Assembly: GCA_002633005.1 (NCBI GenBank)
Contig: NMRA01000237.1
Coordinates: 1-64,000 of the forward strand
Length of the DNA stretch: 64,000 nucleotides
Origin: Phoronis australis
Lineage: Eukaryota > Animalia > Phoronida
Direction: 5' to 3'
Shown here: positions 24,011 through 36,321 of the stretch, piece by piece
Numbering within the stretch: the stretch's first letter is position 1
Layout: each line of letters starts with the position of its first letter
Notes under the pieces: generated by a model
What the model saw: only the letters and a program-made list of their open reading frames with translations
What the model was told of the DNA's origin: nothing
The model's database searches: none
Program-made: the position numbers and the translations under genes

Positions 24011-24107
24011 CTGTATATCAGTTGGCACGATTACTGTAAACGAATGGTAGTTAGAAAATCCTTGCTGTTCATCAGTTGTTTCGTCAAGCAAACATCGAAA
24101 ATTTTAC

Positions 24108-24157
24108 CTTTGTGGGGTCATTTTGAAGAAAGGTTGGCTTAAAGAAACATTTACGTC
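24108..24157 (-). CDS. CNBD-like gene, candidate small exon (GRKCFFKPTFLQNDPTK)
   Basis: ctttctacag|...AAG|gtaaaa; phase 1 to 0, matching the preceding exon. Confidence 0.45.
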
Positions 24158-24757
24158 CTGTAGAAAGTCTTCTCAAACTCGCACATTTCTGAAGTTGTTG
24201 GAAGACCTACACTAAAATTTATTGCGCTGAGTCTTTTTACGGAGATCAAGAGACGTCATTATCACAGCGGACTGGGACAGCGATCATTCCGAGCAGTGCC
24301 GTCAGCAGACGTAGATACACGGTCTGTATAGTTCACTTCATTTCAGCACGAGTGAACAGTTACTATCTATTCAATTTCAAGCGCTAGATTACCGAGAGAC
24401 TTTCGCCTACGTGTCACTTTCTCTATTAGATGACTCACATCCTATCTACCGGGGCCCCGTTTCGTCAAAGGTCGTAAACCAAGTAGAAGCTAAGACTGTC
24501 GTAGGCAACGGAGCCTTGTTGCAAGAGCAAAATATTGTTACTCACGTTAACGCGGTCGCAGTTCATGTTCAACTTAACGCCTGCCTTTGAAAGCCTCGTT
24601 TATTGTTTATAACAAAATCAAGGTAAGGCCGTCTTAGCTAATTGACAACGTGTACGTTCTTTAATAAAACGGGCCTCATTTGATAACCCAAATAATTAAG
24701 ATCGCGTTGAAAATTAAGTGGTAGGTATGAGAAACGTGTCTACGATTGAATGCTTAC

Positions 24758-24887
24758 CAGAGGTAACTGAGGCGACGTTGGAAGACTTAACCAGCACAGC
24801 GAACTTGCCGATGTCCTCTGAGGCGACGATCCTCGTGGGTGGTGGACTCTCTGTCAAGTTAAGCTCCCGTATGACATCCACGCAACC
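24758..24887 (-). CDS. CNBD-like gene exon (GCVDVIRELNL...), second CNB domain
   Basis: Continues FVMK|GCVDVIR; donor G|gtaagc; weak AAG acceptor. Confidence 0.7.
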
Positions 24888-25776
24888 CTTCATTAGACAG
24901 TGTTGTAAATGCAGTTAACATATAAGCAACTATTCAACTTAACCACACACGGTTTGTACGTCATTTATTCTAAAATATTCAAGTGCATTATGTACTGTCT
25001 GCTCTCTTCCGGACTGATGTGAACCCATGAAAGAAAATAGGCCAGTTTTGGACGATTTTTTTGTCGAACTTGAGATCAGTAAGAAGAAATGTATGGGTAT
25101 TTTGTGTGTCGTTTACTCTATGTGAGAACTATTCCATAGTATTTGTCCCCTCCGTTAACCATGAAAGTAGCACGGAGTTCAGTTCCACTAAAGAGGGGGG
25201 ACTCTGTCATATCTTCACCAAAAGAAGACGAGAAATTGTTGAGTCGACTTTAGTTCATTAGTCAGAAATGAGTATCTAGATATTCTTGGCAGACATTCTT
25301 GGTTGTTTCATGTCCAGGTGCCCCCCCCCCCCCAAACCCTTCGTAGCGTTTTATCTGGGTTGTGTTCTTGACATCTTTGAGTACTTTTAATTTTGTCAAT
25401 TCCAATTGAACAGATACTTGATACCTTTTCTTGTAACGAGTGACAAGTACAGTGGAATTGCACGTGTATTACCTCAACATGGGTGTAAATGAGTAGGCCT
25501 ATGGGATGGCAGTTCATACCATAACCGAAATACGCTCTTTTAGACTGAATTACGTACACAACAGCCGGACACCGGATAGCAAAAGGGGCACGATGCAAGA
25601 ATCTTCGCGAAAACGCAAGATCACGTCAGGCGTCGTCATATGCTACAAGATTATACTAGTTTTACTTGCGAGGGTCTTAGATCTATGCAACGCTGTCCAG
25701 ATAATTTTATGCATCACATATTTATTACCAAGTAACACTTTTGCTAGTCTCTCATGTGCAAATTTAGTCGAGTTAC

Positions 25777-25915
25777 CTTCATTACGAACGTAATCCAGCC
25801 GTCCTTTTGTGAATCCACGACTAAAGTGTTGTTGCGTCCAACATCGCAAGAATACACCTGCTTGACAAGCGTGTGTAGTTTCTCGTCTGACCAAGAACTG
25901 AACAGGTCCAATTTT
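25777..25915 (-). CDS. CNBD-like gene exon, start of the second CNB domain (KLDLFSSWSDEKL...WITFVMK)
   Basis: ttacag| ... AAG|gtaact; phase 2 to 0, consistent with neighbouring exons. Confidence 0.85.
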
Positions 25916-26628
25916 CTGTAAGTATTCAAGGTCTCTTCACTGCTACTTAACGTCGCATGCAGGGCCATCTTTGAAAACCTTTGTTTTGGTACAATTTAGC
26001 GTTCCTAAGTACACATGATAAGATATGGACCGAATGGGAGTGTTTTTATTCCATACGCGTTAAATCAGTCGAGTGCAATACGGCCATGTAATAATGTTTT
26101 CCGTATTCCCCTTCCGCACTACTTCAACAGTGCCCTCTGTCATGGAAAATTCAAAAGGTAGGTCAATGTCAACTCGACGTCGTAAGACGGTTCGATTATC
26201 AAACTTTCCCAAAATAGTTTAAAGTAATGCAATTCCAGAAGTGTAAATAACACTCAACATGCAATCATGTCTCAGTGGTAACATCTGGAACAGGACTGTG
26301 AATTACATGACAGTTCTGTCTTAGTTTTCAATTGCTAAACGTTATATCGCCTGCAACTCAGACGCCGATTCCTCGGTTACTACAATATCAAATATTGTTG
26401 TTATTTAACTATTTTCAGGAGATGTTACATATTCAATCCACACTTACCGTTGTTTTCATCTTTGTTATCTCTTTTCAAGTAATAAATCCCTACATTTAAA
26501 TCTGTTTCGTTTACTTTTGCAACCTAACGCGCACATATAGGATGTGATCCGCCAAGTTAACAGTCTGAGTGAAGTAAGCTCTACTTAAAAAATCGGCCGA
26601 AAAAAATAAAGAATTTGAAGCGCATGGT

Positions 26629-26757
26629 ATAAATACAAAACGTACCTCGATTGGCGTACATGAAGTAATATCTCACTCGACATTCCGCATTTCGCGGAAT
26701 AAAGTTTCATGGGATATTACTTCATCTACGCCACTCTCGATACATTTTGTGTATTTA
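26629..26757. repeat. Short palindromic repeat; same family at ~23474-23570, ~26051-26116 and ~43195-43350
   Basis: TGGCGTAcATGAAGTAATATC...TTCCGC / GCGGAA...GATATTACTTCATCTACGCCA. The core AATACACAAAACATA-CGAGAGTGG is shared between copies. Confidence 0.7.
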
Positions 26758-26923
26758 TTGCCGATTTCTTAAAATATCTTACAGCTTGTTCAGGGTAGTA
26801 ATAAATGAGGCACTGACGTATTGCTTCGTCTTGTGATCGCCTAAGGTATACACCATCAGGTCAATGGAAGCGGTACGGTTAATACGTATTTCCAGCGAGC
26901 ACGAAAGCTGCGGCCAGGTTAGC

Positions 26924-27150
26924 GTTCCGTAGACCCAAGTCCTTGAGAAAAAGCTAGACCACGCAAGATCACAAAAAAATCACGTGGTGAAAGGGGAGCG
27001 GTTCGTGAGTAAACACTAATGTTATTAACATAGCCTAGCAAAATGGCTGCCTCTGAAGTGATTGGAGTTGGAAATAAAATGTGAATAAAATTCGTTATCT
27101 CCATTACGTAAGCGAAAATTTTTCGTCACTAAGTCTTAGGTCTACGGAAC
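26924..27150. mobile_element. MITE with GTTCCGTAGACC termini (related ends at ~5865 and ~40275-40960)
   Basis: GTTCCGTAGACCCAAG / CTTAGGTCTACGGAAC. Confidence 0.6.
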
Positions 27151-27251
27151 TGAGGCAGCCCTGGGTTTAATTGACAGGCCCCCATCGATGGACATACTGA
27201 GTACAGAGATCAATGAGTACAGAATTAAAGGAGGCAATTAATGATGATATT

Positions 27252-28267
27252 CAGTGGCGGATCTAGGATATCACAAGGGGGGGGCAACGTTTTGTCAGGC
27301 TGTAAGCATTTGCGCAAACTGAACCACGATTGTAGATGCCCATAGCTCCGATTGGGGGGAGGTCGGGAGGGGGGTTTGCCACCCTGCCGCCCAGAAAATT
27401 TTTCTGTTTTTACCTCTAAATATCAAGCATTTTCCTTGATTCTTGAAGTATTATTCAAGAAAAAAGGCAAAAAAAACGGAGAACGTGTCAAACAGGAAAA
27501 ACTCCAAGTACCAAAGACTCGAATTCACGACCTGGCGGATAGAGCGCGGGTGCGTTTCCACTACACCACCACGATTTAACTACTAATGTCATACTAAGAG
27601 ACCTACTTGTTTATGGTCCACAGCGTTTGCGCGCGAAACCTAATTCTTGTTGTAATGCTTATTACACGTTTTATATTTTGTGCCATCAATTCTTAACAAA
27701 TTTGTCGTATTTAAAATAGTCTTCAAATGCCCAAAAGACCAAATCCGTTTTTCGTGTTGGCAATAATGACGGGATTGCTTTGGAAATCGTCTTAAGATAA
27801 GGTTTGACAAAGAGAGTATTGCGAGTTTTTGAGTGATTCACTAAGGCTTCGATTAAAATTCACATCTTACCATCAGCTTCTGTTTTTTCATCGTCACTCA
27901 GGTTCCATTTTCTTTAAAAATGAAGTAAATTTTCTTCATTGCACAGTGGAGCAGACGACGGAAACGGAGTCGTTGTGGGCAGCGCCACTGCCGGTCGCCT
28001 GGGATATCGCGGGAGAGCCTATACTTAGCCATAGTTACGTTACGAATGCGCCGTGTTCCGAATTTGACACTTGAAATTGGATTTGACCCCCCCCCCCAAA
28101 AAAACTAAAACTGCACACATTTAAATCTTTTTTCATCTGTATAATTTTAATTACCGGGGTTAATTAATAAACTCAACATTTCCCTACGCTTTTACTGTTT
28201 TATTTTTTTTGCGGCAGCCAAGGTGGGGGACCGGGCCCCCTGGGCCCCTCCCCTAAATCCGGCTATG
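27252..28267. mobile_element. MITE family B, long copy (intronic)
   Basis: CAGTGGCGGATCTAG ... CTAAATCCGGCTATG; perfect 5-bp TSD ATATT; ends match 21938-22250 in reverse. Confidence 0.8.
27510..27572 (-). repeat. tRNA-derived (SINE-head-like) remnant
   Basis: A-box-like TGGTGTAGTGG and B-box-like AATTCGAGTC; no full cloverleaf. Confidence 0.4.
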
Positions 28268-28376
28268 ATATTGTCACCTAATGTATTCGCTTCACTCGGA
28301 CTGATTACGAAATAAGCGTGGGTATACGTGCTTCATGCAATTTGTACAAGCAACTAGTGAATGGAAGACACAATAC

Positions 28377-28531
28377 CTGAAATAGCAGTATTTTCTGTTA
28401 TAGTCAGCCGACAGCAACTTTAAAAGTCGATCTGTCTCGAGTTCGTAAAGGTCAACAGAAAACAACTCCGTTTCTTCAGCACAAACGACGGTGGCAAATC
28501 GTCTGCAGTTTGAAGTCATTAGCGCCATTTC
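28377..28531 (-). CDS. CNBD-like gene exon with the phosphate-binding cassette (G|EMALMTSNCRRFATVVC...)
   Basis: GE-x-AL...R-x-ATV motif; tttcag| and AG|gtattg. Confidence 0.9.
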
Positions 28532-29846
28532 CTGAAATAATCAATTAATTATGTTCAGTTTTCACCGCACTGAATGATATGTGGGGCTCGGCATGATTCG
28601 ACCCCAAATTTGGAAATGCGAGCTGAGAATTTGGCCAATTCGCTTTAATCCCAGGTGTGCTACTTGAAGATTCAAACTCAAGTCGCATCACTCGAACGGG
28701 AAAATTAGGTGCTACGACACAGAACCGCCCTAACAGAGCTTTTGGTCGTCAAATTTTTGTGACCAGTGATCTATGTAAGTGAGCTGAGTTGGAATTGCGA
28801 GCGGCACTCTTACGTTGCAAACGACGACTTGGTAATTTTCACACTGCCGTGAGCTGATACGACCATGTGAACGCACGATCGTTTCAGAGGCAAAGAAGTC
28901 TCGGAATAGTAATCAGGCATACCTCCGTAACGCGTGACGCCGACAAGACACTTTTGGCAAGAAATCTTTCCTGAATTTTCTCCCGTAAATGGACATTCCA
29001 TTGTCGCCGAAAAATCGCTCCTGGCCGACGACCATTTTGCCGACCTAGGCTAATAAGGTCCCGAGCTTACTCGCAAAACCATCACCTTTCACTCTAGTGA
29101 TTATGCGTAGTCTTGCTAACCAATCCGCCAGTCTCGCAAAAAAGAACACCTCTGCCGAAAACTTTCCTCGCAAAGTCACTTCAGTGAATCTAAACTTAAC
29201 TTGCAGGAAACAGGATAAAGTATAATGGTGTTGGTCCGAGTGTAAATCGCTCCGAGTATTCAGCGGACTTGAAGAATTGTGTACAGTGCCACCCTGCGCT
29301 GCCAAGGTTAATTAGTCTAAGAAGAGCGTCCAATACTTCGTGTTGGACAGTATTGTGGAGTAGTAGACATTCGAAGCAACAGACACCCGGACGAATAAGC
29401 CTTTGGACCAGCGGACCTTCGGGCAATGTTGTGATTCCAGTAGTAAATAGATTTGAAAAAGGTCCTATGAACACCGAAGGATCCACACTGTGGGCCGGAT
29501 CAACCAGAGGATCGCTTATTTCCCAAGAATTTTTAGAGGAGCATGGTTTTTGCTTCCATCCGATTTATTCCCGATGTCAATCTGAACACAATGGTTTCTG
29601 TTGAGACAAACAATGTAGGGACTAATTTAGTTGGACAAAATTGTATATTGTTCTTAATTATCTCTAAGAAATCGTCCGTTGTAAAGATGACATATAAAGG
29701 CCTCATGGATGTTGATGCTAAAACAGTCTGTTAAGTTGTTCCCATACATGATTCTGATAGAAATGAAATGACCTCGTTCTAACTTCGCATGAGCTCCTAT
29801 TGCAAATTCGCAAACATTCAAAAAGTAGGAACTAAAAAAAACTTAC

Positions 29847-30015
29847 CCCAAAGCGGTCACCTTTCGTCAGTGAGGTCATCTCCAGCTGGTGGATCATGTT
29901 TAATGTAGCATGTGAAATCGTTCTGTGGGGGTAAATGGCTACCGTGCCAGAGTATACAAAGTACAGCCTGGTACCGCGCTGCCCTTTTCGAACTATAACG
30001 CGCCCTCTGTTGTAC
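29847..30015 (-). CDS. CNBD-like gene exon (YNRGRVIVRKGQRGTRLYFVYSG...KGDRFG)
   Basis: Classic CNB beta-roll motifs; ttgtag| and GGG|gtaagt; not present in the ORF track. Confidence 0.9.
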
Positions 30016-30233
30016 CTACAACCAGAGAAGCTTCAGGGGCTGTAGCGATGGCAGTGACAACTGTTACCTTCATATCTGGTACCATGTGTTGCTATCGAGT
30101 TCTTTATGATTTGGGCATCCTATTTAGTTGTTCGCTTGACCTAGACCGGGGTCTCGAAATTATTTTTGACATTTTCCGTTCTACTTTTGTGTATCGTATT
30201 CGATCACTGTCTAATCGTGGCTATATTTGATGA

Positions 30234-30355
30234 CCACAACCACCACCACCACTACCGCCACCACTACCGCTAATAATAACAATAATAATAGTAATAATAA
30301 TGATAATAGTAATAGTAATAATAGTAATAGTAATAACAATAATGATAATAATAAT
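30234..30355. repeat. Trinucleotide microsatellite (ACC)n/(AAT)n
   Basis: Directly visible. Confidence 0.9.
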
Positions 30356-30473
30356 CAGACCGGATTTACGGAGTGCTGTAAGTACTAAGCAATTATTACT
30401 GGGTTACGGACCTGGTAAATCTTCTGAACTCCCCGTGAGTATACAATGGGTGCAACCGTTGGACTAAACACTC

Positions 30474-30800
30474 CAGGTTAACAGCACTGTGTAAAGCATA
30501 ATATACTACAGCACAGGTTAACAGCAATGTGTAAACCATAATATACTATAACACAGGTTAACAGCACTGCGTAAGCCATAACATACTATTGCACAGGTTA
30601 TCAGCACTATGTAAATCATAAAAAACAGCACAGGTTAACAGGACTGTGTTAACCATGATATACTATAGTACAGGTTAACAGCGCTATGTATATCATAATA
30701 TACTATAGCAGAGGCTAACATTACTGTGTAGACCATAATATACTACAGTACAGGTTAACAGCACAGTGTAAATCATAATTTACTATAGCACGGGTTAACG
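30474..30800. repeat. 40-bp minisatellite, ~8 copies
   Basis: Unit CAGGTTAACAGCACTGTGTAAACCATAATATACTATAGCA. Confidence 0.9.
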
Positions 30801-31561
30801 GACCATCCATTGGAGTTCGCACAAATATACCGGAAAATGTCCTAAATAATTTCGCGTTTGATTTCAAGTACAGATTAGACTGGGGGCCAAGGTCTCTTTA
30901 TGTGACCCAAAGATCTAGAGACACCATAACTACTACAGACAGGACTAGGATTACCTATTCATTTTAGTGAACGATATTTGTAAGCACAAACTTTTCTCTA
31001 AAGACGCCCGTTTAGCTCATTTGTTCGTTTCACTTGAAGCAGAACAACGTCACCAAGTATCAAACCTATACTCATGTTGGGATTGGGGTTTGGTGAATAT
31101 CTCTCAAAACGAGGCTATTTGGCTACATTTTGTAATCTTTATAAAATCCGATCCGATACGTATATTTTAACATTTCAAACTGTCAGTTACTTTTCTAATT
31201 TTTGGAGAAGTCCTTAGACTTGTATTCGTTCAGTTGCAGGTCAAAGACTTTAATTGTATCTTTTTAGTAACCTTCAGGAGGTGCGAAAATAAATGCACAC
31301 TTGTAGTTAAACTAAAATTAAGTAGCACGTTATGGCACAAGTTTCGCTAGTTTAGGTTTAGAAAACATACACTTCATGTTCATCAGACGTAGACACACCA
31401 AGCTGATATGTATGCCCCTTTCGAATGACCTTGTCCATCATAGATCAAGCAATAACCAGATGTCATATGTATCCACGCAATTTCCCGTTTACTTGCTGCT
31501 ATGATAAACCGTTTTACACAGGCAACTACCATCAAAATACATAAAACATTACTTTCCTTAC

Positions 31562-31725
31562 TTTTCGAAACGGAAGTATCGACAGAGCTCATCTTTCAAC
31601 AAATCCTCACACACACTAAAGCCTTGGAAGTTTTGCATGGCCCGTTTCACCAAATCTATGTTTTCTCTTGTCCTCTCGCGAGGTGGCTTTTCTAGTACTT
31701 TGAGCAAGTTCTTTGGGCAAGCGCA
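31562..31725 (-). CDS. CNBD-like gene exon (CACPKNLLKVLEKPPRERTRENIDLV...LCRYFRFE)
   Basis: L-x-K-x-P-x-ERT helical lead-in typical of CNB domains; ttgcag| and AA|gtaagg. Confidence 0.85.
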
Positions 31726-32346
31726 CTGCAATATTGAAGACGACAATTTGGGACCCATTCCGTAACGCAAGTTACCTCGCGAGTGAACAGTAGTACAGCC
31801 ACGTGGTTCGCCTGTATTGCATTGTGGTGTCTCGTGAAGACTTGCGTGATCTCGCATACCTCGCAAGAAACTAATTCAGGATGACACTATTTGCATAATT
31901 CTTCAGAAAGTTTTAGATCTACGAACACCTACACAGTGCCACGAAATTTTGGCGGGAACCAGTCAGTCACCAGTCCCCAGTAAAAGGAGCCAACCCGCAC
32001 AGCAACGTTGAGAAAAGTATTACCATTGATAGAACTGGAGGAATGGAATACCCACTCCCGTGCGTGATCAATGCATTCTATTGTTTGAGACTGGCCGCAA
32101 GAATCCGCACTATGTCTGCTCGACTGAGTTTTGATCGAATGTTGTAGATATCAAATGAAGACTAATTTCATTGCTTTATTTTCGTTTTGTCATTTTTATT
32201 CCTAACAGAGTGATCACGTGAGACTACTGAGGCACTGCTCATTCTTTACACAATCCGACCCGTGGTCCTAGCTGGATGCCGGGAATTCTCTATAAGGAAT
32301 CTCTCAACAAGACATTTTTGTTTGTTACAGAAGTATAGGGAAAGGG

Positions 32347-32365
32347 GTGTGTGTTTTTGTGTGTG

Positions 32366-32405
<40 letters not shown>

Positions 32406-32427
32406 GTGTGCGTATGCGCGTACGTGC

Positions 32428-32462
<35 letters not shown>

Positions 32463-32470
32463 GATGCGTG
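32347..32470. repeat. (GT)n microsatellite
   Basis: Directly visible. Confidence 0.95.
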
Positions 32471-34833
32471 TATTATTATTGTTGTTATTATTCCTGGAAT
32501 AATTCATTTTCACCATGTTTACCTGTTGCCCAAATTTAATGTTAATTCAGTTTCAGTAATTTTATTTACAATGTTTACTTATTCTAGTGAAACAACATTG
32601 AAAAATGAAAAGTTTACCTTGTACAAGAATCAATTGCAATACTTTGTGTTACTGGAGGGGTACTTTACAAGCTGTCCCACTCATGGTGGACTGTCTCACT
32701 TCTTGAATTTTTTCCCGACACCCCGCTGTATCATCAAAGTTTTCTGCTTTTTAGCACACGTGAAATTGAAACATTATCAAATACTGCATGCGATATTACC
32801 CACGCGACATATTTCTGTTCTCACGATCGGCTAAAGAAACGGAATGTTTCATGGGTTTTTGAAGCACCCGCAATTTCCCGTTTGACAAAGAAAGTAACAA
32901 AAAGTCGAATGCATCTTTAGGTGTTCCTACACTCGTAATCTCCCTTCGACAAAAAAACGCTGTCGGGACGATTTTGTGTGTACCGATAGACATTTCACCT
33001 TTGCATTTTTGCATAGACCCAGATGTGCCACTTTTTACCCGGATGTCCCGCTTTTCAATCCGTTTTTTCAAACTCAAATGTTGACAGCTATGCAACAGGT
33101 ACTCCAAATAACATTGTCTCTTATGTCATGAATATTGTTGTTTTCCAGAATTCACTTTCTTTGGTAACATAACGATCGTAAAAGGCGTTCCAGTATCTCT
33201 TGTTTACGGTAACACACACTACAGGTATCAGTATTACTAATTTTTATTGTGTTAAGAAATGACTTTGTTGCCAAATGTCTACATAAAGTCCTAAACTACA
33301 ACTAATGTAATGAACTATCCGCGCTATATTTCAAAGTTAAACAATTGATTTTTCCCTATTTTCAATCTATCAGAAATCCTTTGTCTGCAAATTTCGCGTA
33401 AGCAATTGGAGTAATTAGTTGATCACATTTTTCTAAATGTCATCGCATCCCGAATTCTTACTAAAGAATGCATCCGTAGCAAACGGCACCAAAGGTCCAG
33501 TCAATATGTAAAGATGTGTAATTTTGGATGAGTGCCTGTCTAAATTCTTCACAACAACTGTGACGAATCCTTAGTCTAAACTTTTTATCTTTGTTATGTA
33601 GCAGTATTTTGAATCATTGAAACTAATTCCCTGTTGACTTAATTAGTCATTTATATAATATCTACCTCTCTGCTTCAGTTCCTTTTTATGTTACTTTTGT
33701 AACCTCAATTAATTGACCTTATAAGTTAATTAGATGAATGATTAGTTAATTAATCAGCAAATTAGTGCATAAAGGTTTTTATTATTGCACTTTTTGTTGT
33801 TTTTTACATTTTGGTAACTATCTTGGTATATTTAGAATTAAAAATGTTTTTAAACCTGTTAGATATGCAAAATAATAATTATTTCTTAATTAAATTATTG
33901 CTTCTTTTTCTTATGATGCAATCATACGCCAACAAGAGCTCGTTAAAGTCTTTCTAATAATATGACTCTTACATAATTGGGTTGACAAACCGCGAACTTG
34001 CGACAAGTTTTAGTGACAGTGTTCAGAGGTAAATTTTCTATGATAATACACGATTTTCACATCGTTTTTGGAACCCAGATGGTGCTTGATTATTTCGATA
34101 TATTTTTAGTAAATTGTAAACTTTCTAATGCGTTTAGATATCTTTACATTACACCTACCAGCTAGGCAACAGTAGTACCCACAGCCGGTTTCCAGAATAA
34201 AATAGTCGAATAGCAAACACATGATCCTCCGTTTGACAACGTTTCGGGACATTAGACCGCAAAATATTTCAAAAATATACATGAAATTTGTTCGGAAGAT
34301 GTTTTCCGTGATGACAGTTTTCAACTTATTTTGTTTGGACCAAACGAAAATTTCACCCTAAACCCTATATTCTACAGCAAGAAACATCACCGGAACAAAC
34401 GATTGCAAAAATACCCACGCATGGAAATTGACATTCCACTCCTAGAGATTTATGACTAAAGTAACCTAAGTTTTAAATACTGTATTTAATTTTTCACATC
34501 TTCAGAAAGGCTTTCAATTTCGGCAGTATAATAGCACTTCTACTAGTAGACTGTGCACTCAAGCGACCACATTGTGCATTCGGAACACTTCGGATATTTT
34601 CGTAGCCTCAAATTTTTCCTTGGAAGGTGAACGTTGTGCATGAGCGAATTTCATTCATAAAGCCCATCATTCTCCACTTTGAAAGTCACATGACTTGCCG
34701 CATGAATGAAGTTTACATCAGCTATCCTTAAACTCCGAGGAGAAATTTGAGGCGATGGATTTACTCTTGTTATTCAGAATAAAGTTAGTGCTTTGATGTG
34801 AGAATACACGAGAGTGTTGGAGTGCGTCGTTAC

Positions 34834-35076
34834 CTTTCTATTAAACTTGTAGTCTTCAACAGAGAAACTGATTTCCTCAAAATGAACAGACTTCATGCTT
34901 TGCGATGACTCCTTCGGTTTGTTTAAATGTGGTATGTATGCGTGGTATGGGAATCTCGCTATGTGCTTCGGCGGGAGAAACGCCTTCCACTCCTTGCCAG
35001 CTTCTCGGAGGTACATCCTCCACGTGCGCAAGACACGAACTATTTTCCTGAGTCTTTGTAACGCTTTCAGCGCTCT
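34834..35076 (-). CDS. CNBD-like gene exon (RALKALQRLRKIVRV...SFSVEDYKFNRK)
   Basis: ctttcag| and AAG|gtaacg; 81 codons; phase 0 to 0. Confidence 0.75.
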
Positions 35077-35869
35077 CTGAAAGTAAGAACACCAAAGTAT
35101 AACCTGCATGTATGTGTATGTGTGTTTGCGCGTGATGTAAAGCACCGACTTTCATTCGTTGTTTCGAAGAAATCTTGAGTCTGGTTTGTCTTCAGTTTCC
35201 TGTCATTCTCCGGATACACCCAACAATTGTCAGCTTTTCACTCCAAAACGATTTATGTATACCCACAACACTCGTTGCTATGAACTATCACCCTTGAAAG
35301 TGTCGAAAAATGCTCTTCGCACAACCTTTGACACTTTGGAATTATTTCGTTTCCATGTAATTCCCAAGTTCCTGATTCACTGGGAAAATCTGGTGGTTCA
35401 CATACCATCTTCCACGAAAATGGGAAAAGGTTTTCGTCATTAAATCGTTCTTAATGATTACGTTCTAACTTACACTATCATACTGACAAATCAAAGTACA
35501 GTTGAGAAATATTTCCGAAACTGGAAGTCAGCACAGTGTTGTGTTTTTTAGTGCTCGAGTATTTAAAAATAATCAAGATCCTGTCTCTTCAACAGTCAAA
35601 CGTTTGGATTTATGGAGGACCTTATTGAAAAGAATCCGTATTTAGCCAAATAACAGGCATAGTTCAGTAACCCTACAGCTATGGTGATAACCTATTTACT
35701 ATTTCCTGCCATTGTTGCTACACTCATTCTGCTTCATGGATGTCGACACTTGATGTCTTGTTGTTTATAACCTGATGATGTCTACGCCAAATTAATATGA
35801 ACTTTTTCATTAGTGCGGCGATTGTCCATTTTTTGATCCTATTATGGCCAAAAAATGATGTAATTAGCC

Positions 35870-36010
35870 AAATAACTATGAAACTATAGATTTTAAGTTA
35901 AAAAAGTATATATTTTCTGAAATTGAAGAGTTCTCAAAATTTGATTTTTGATTTGTTTTACCAATCTGCTGTCAATTGGGTCACGTGACGATGCTCTTTT
36001 AGTAAAGCAG
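35870..36010. repeat. Old dispersed repeat; other copies at ~41230-41420 and ~63235-63400
   Basis: Shared AATTGGGTCACGTGAC...TT-GTAAA core; CATTGATAGCAAAA...TAACATGACCA in the latter two copies. Confidence 0.55.
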
Positions 36011-36321
36011 TCTTACAAGTTATTGTTTCGTTTTCGTTTTAAGTGACTTAAAATTTTTACAGTTTTGGTATGTGCATTTTTTTCTTCACGAAGATTATAA
36101 AGTCCTATTTTAAAAGTCCCTTATGCAACATTGAAACCTTTTAAAACAATTCCCAACTGAACAGCGTCTTGGAGAACAGCACTTAAAGCATAACATCTAA
36201 ACGTTTCATGTGAGTCAAATCAACTATTTCTAAGATGTGATGTTCCAAATTGAAATCTGGATTTTTAGGATACCACAGGACTAGAATCAGTATACTTGCC
36301 GGATCGTTTTTCGTAGCTTAC

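Noticed and set aside
27510-27572. tRNA gene
   Set aside because: Only degenerate A/B boxes, no cloverleaf, and it lies inside a MITE.
30474-30800. Regular repeats that might suggest a CRISPR array (also 56521-56728)
   Set aside because: Contiguous units without unique spacers in eukaryotic introns; these are minisatellites.
32262-32834. 190-aa Cys/Val-rich ORF
   Set aside because: Translation of a (GT)n microsatellite.
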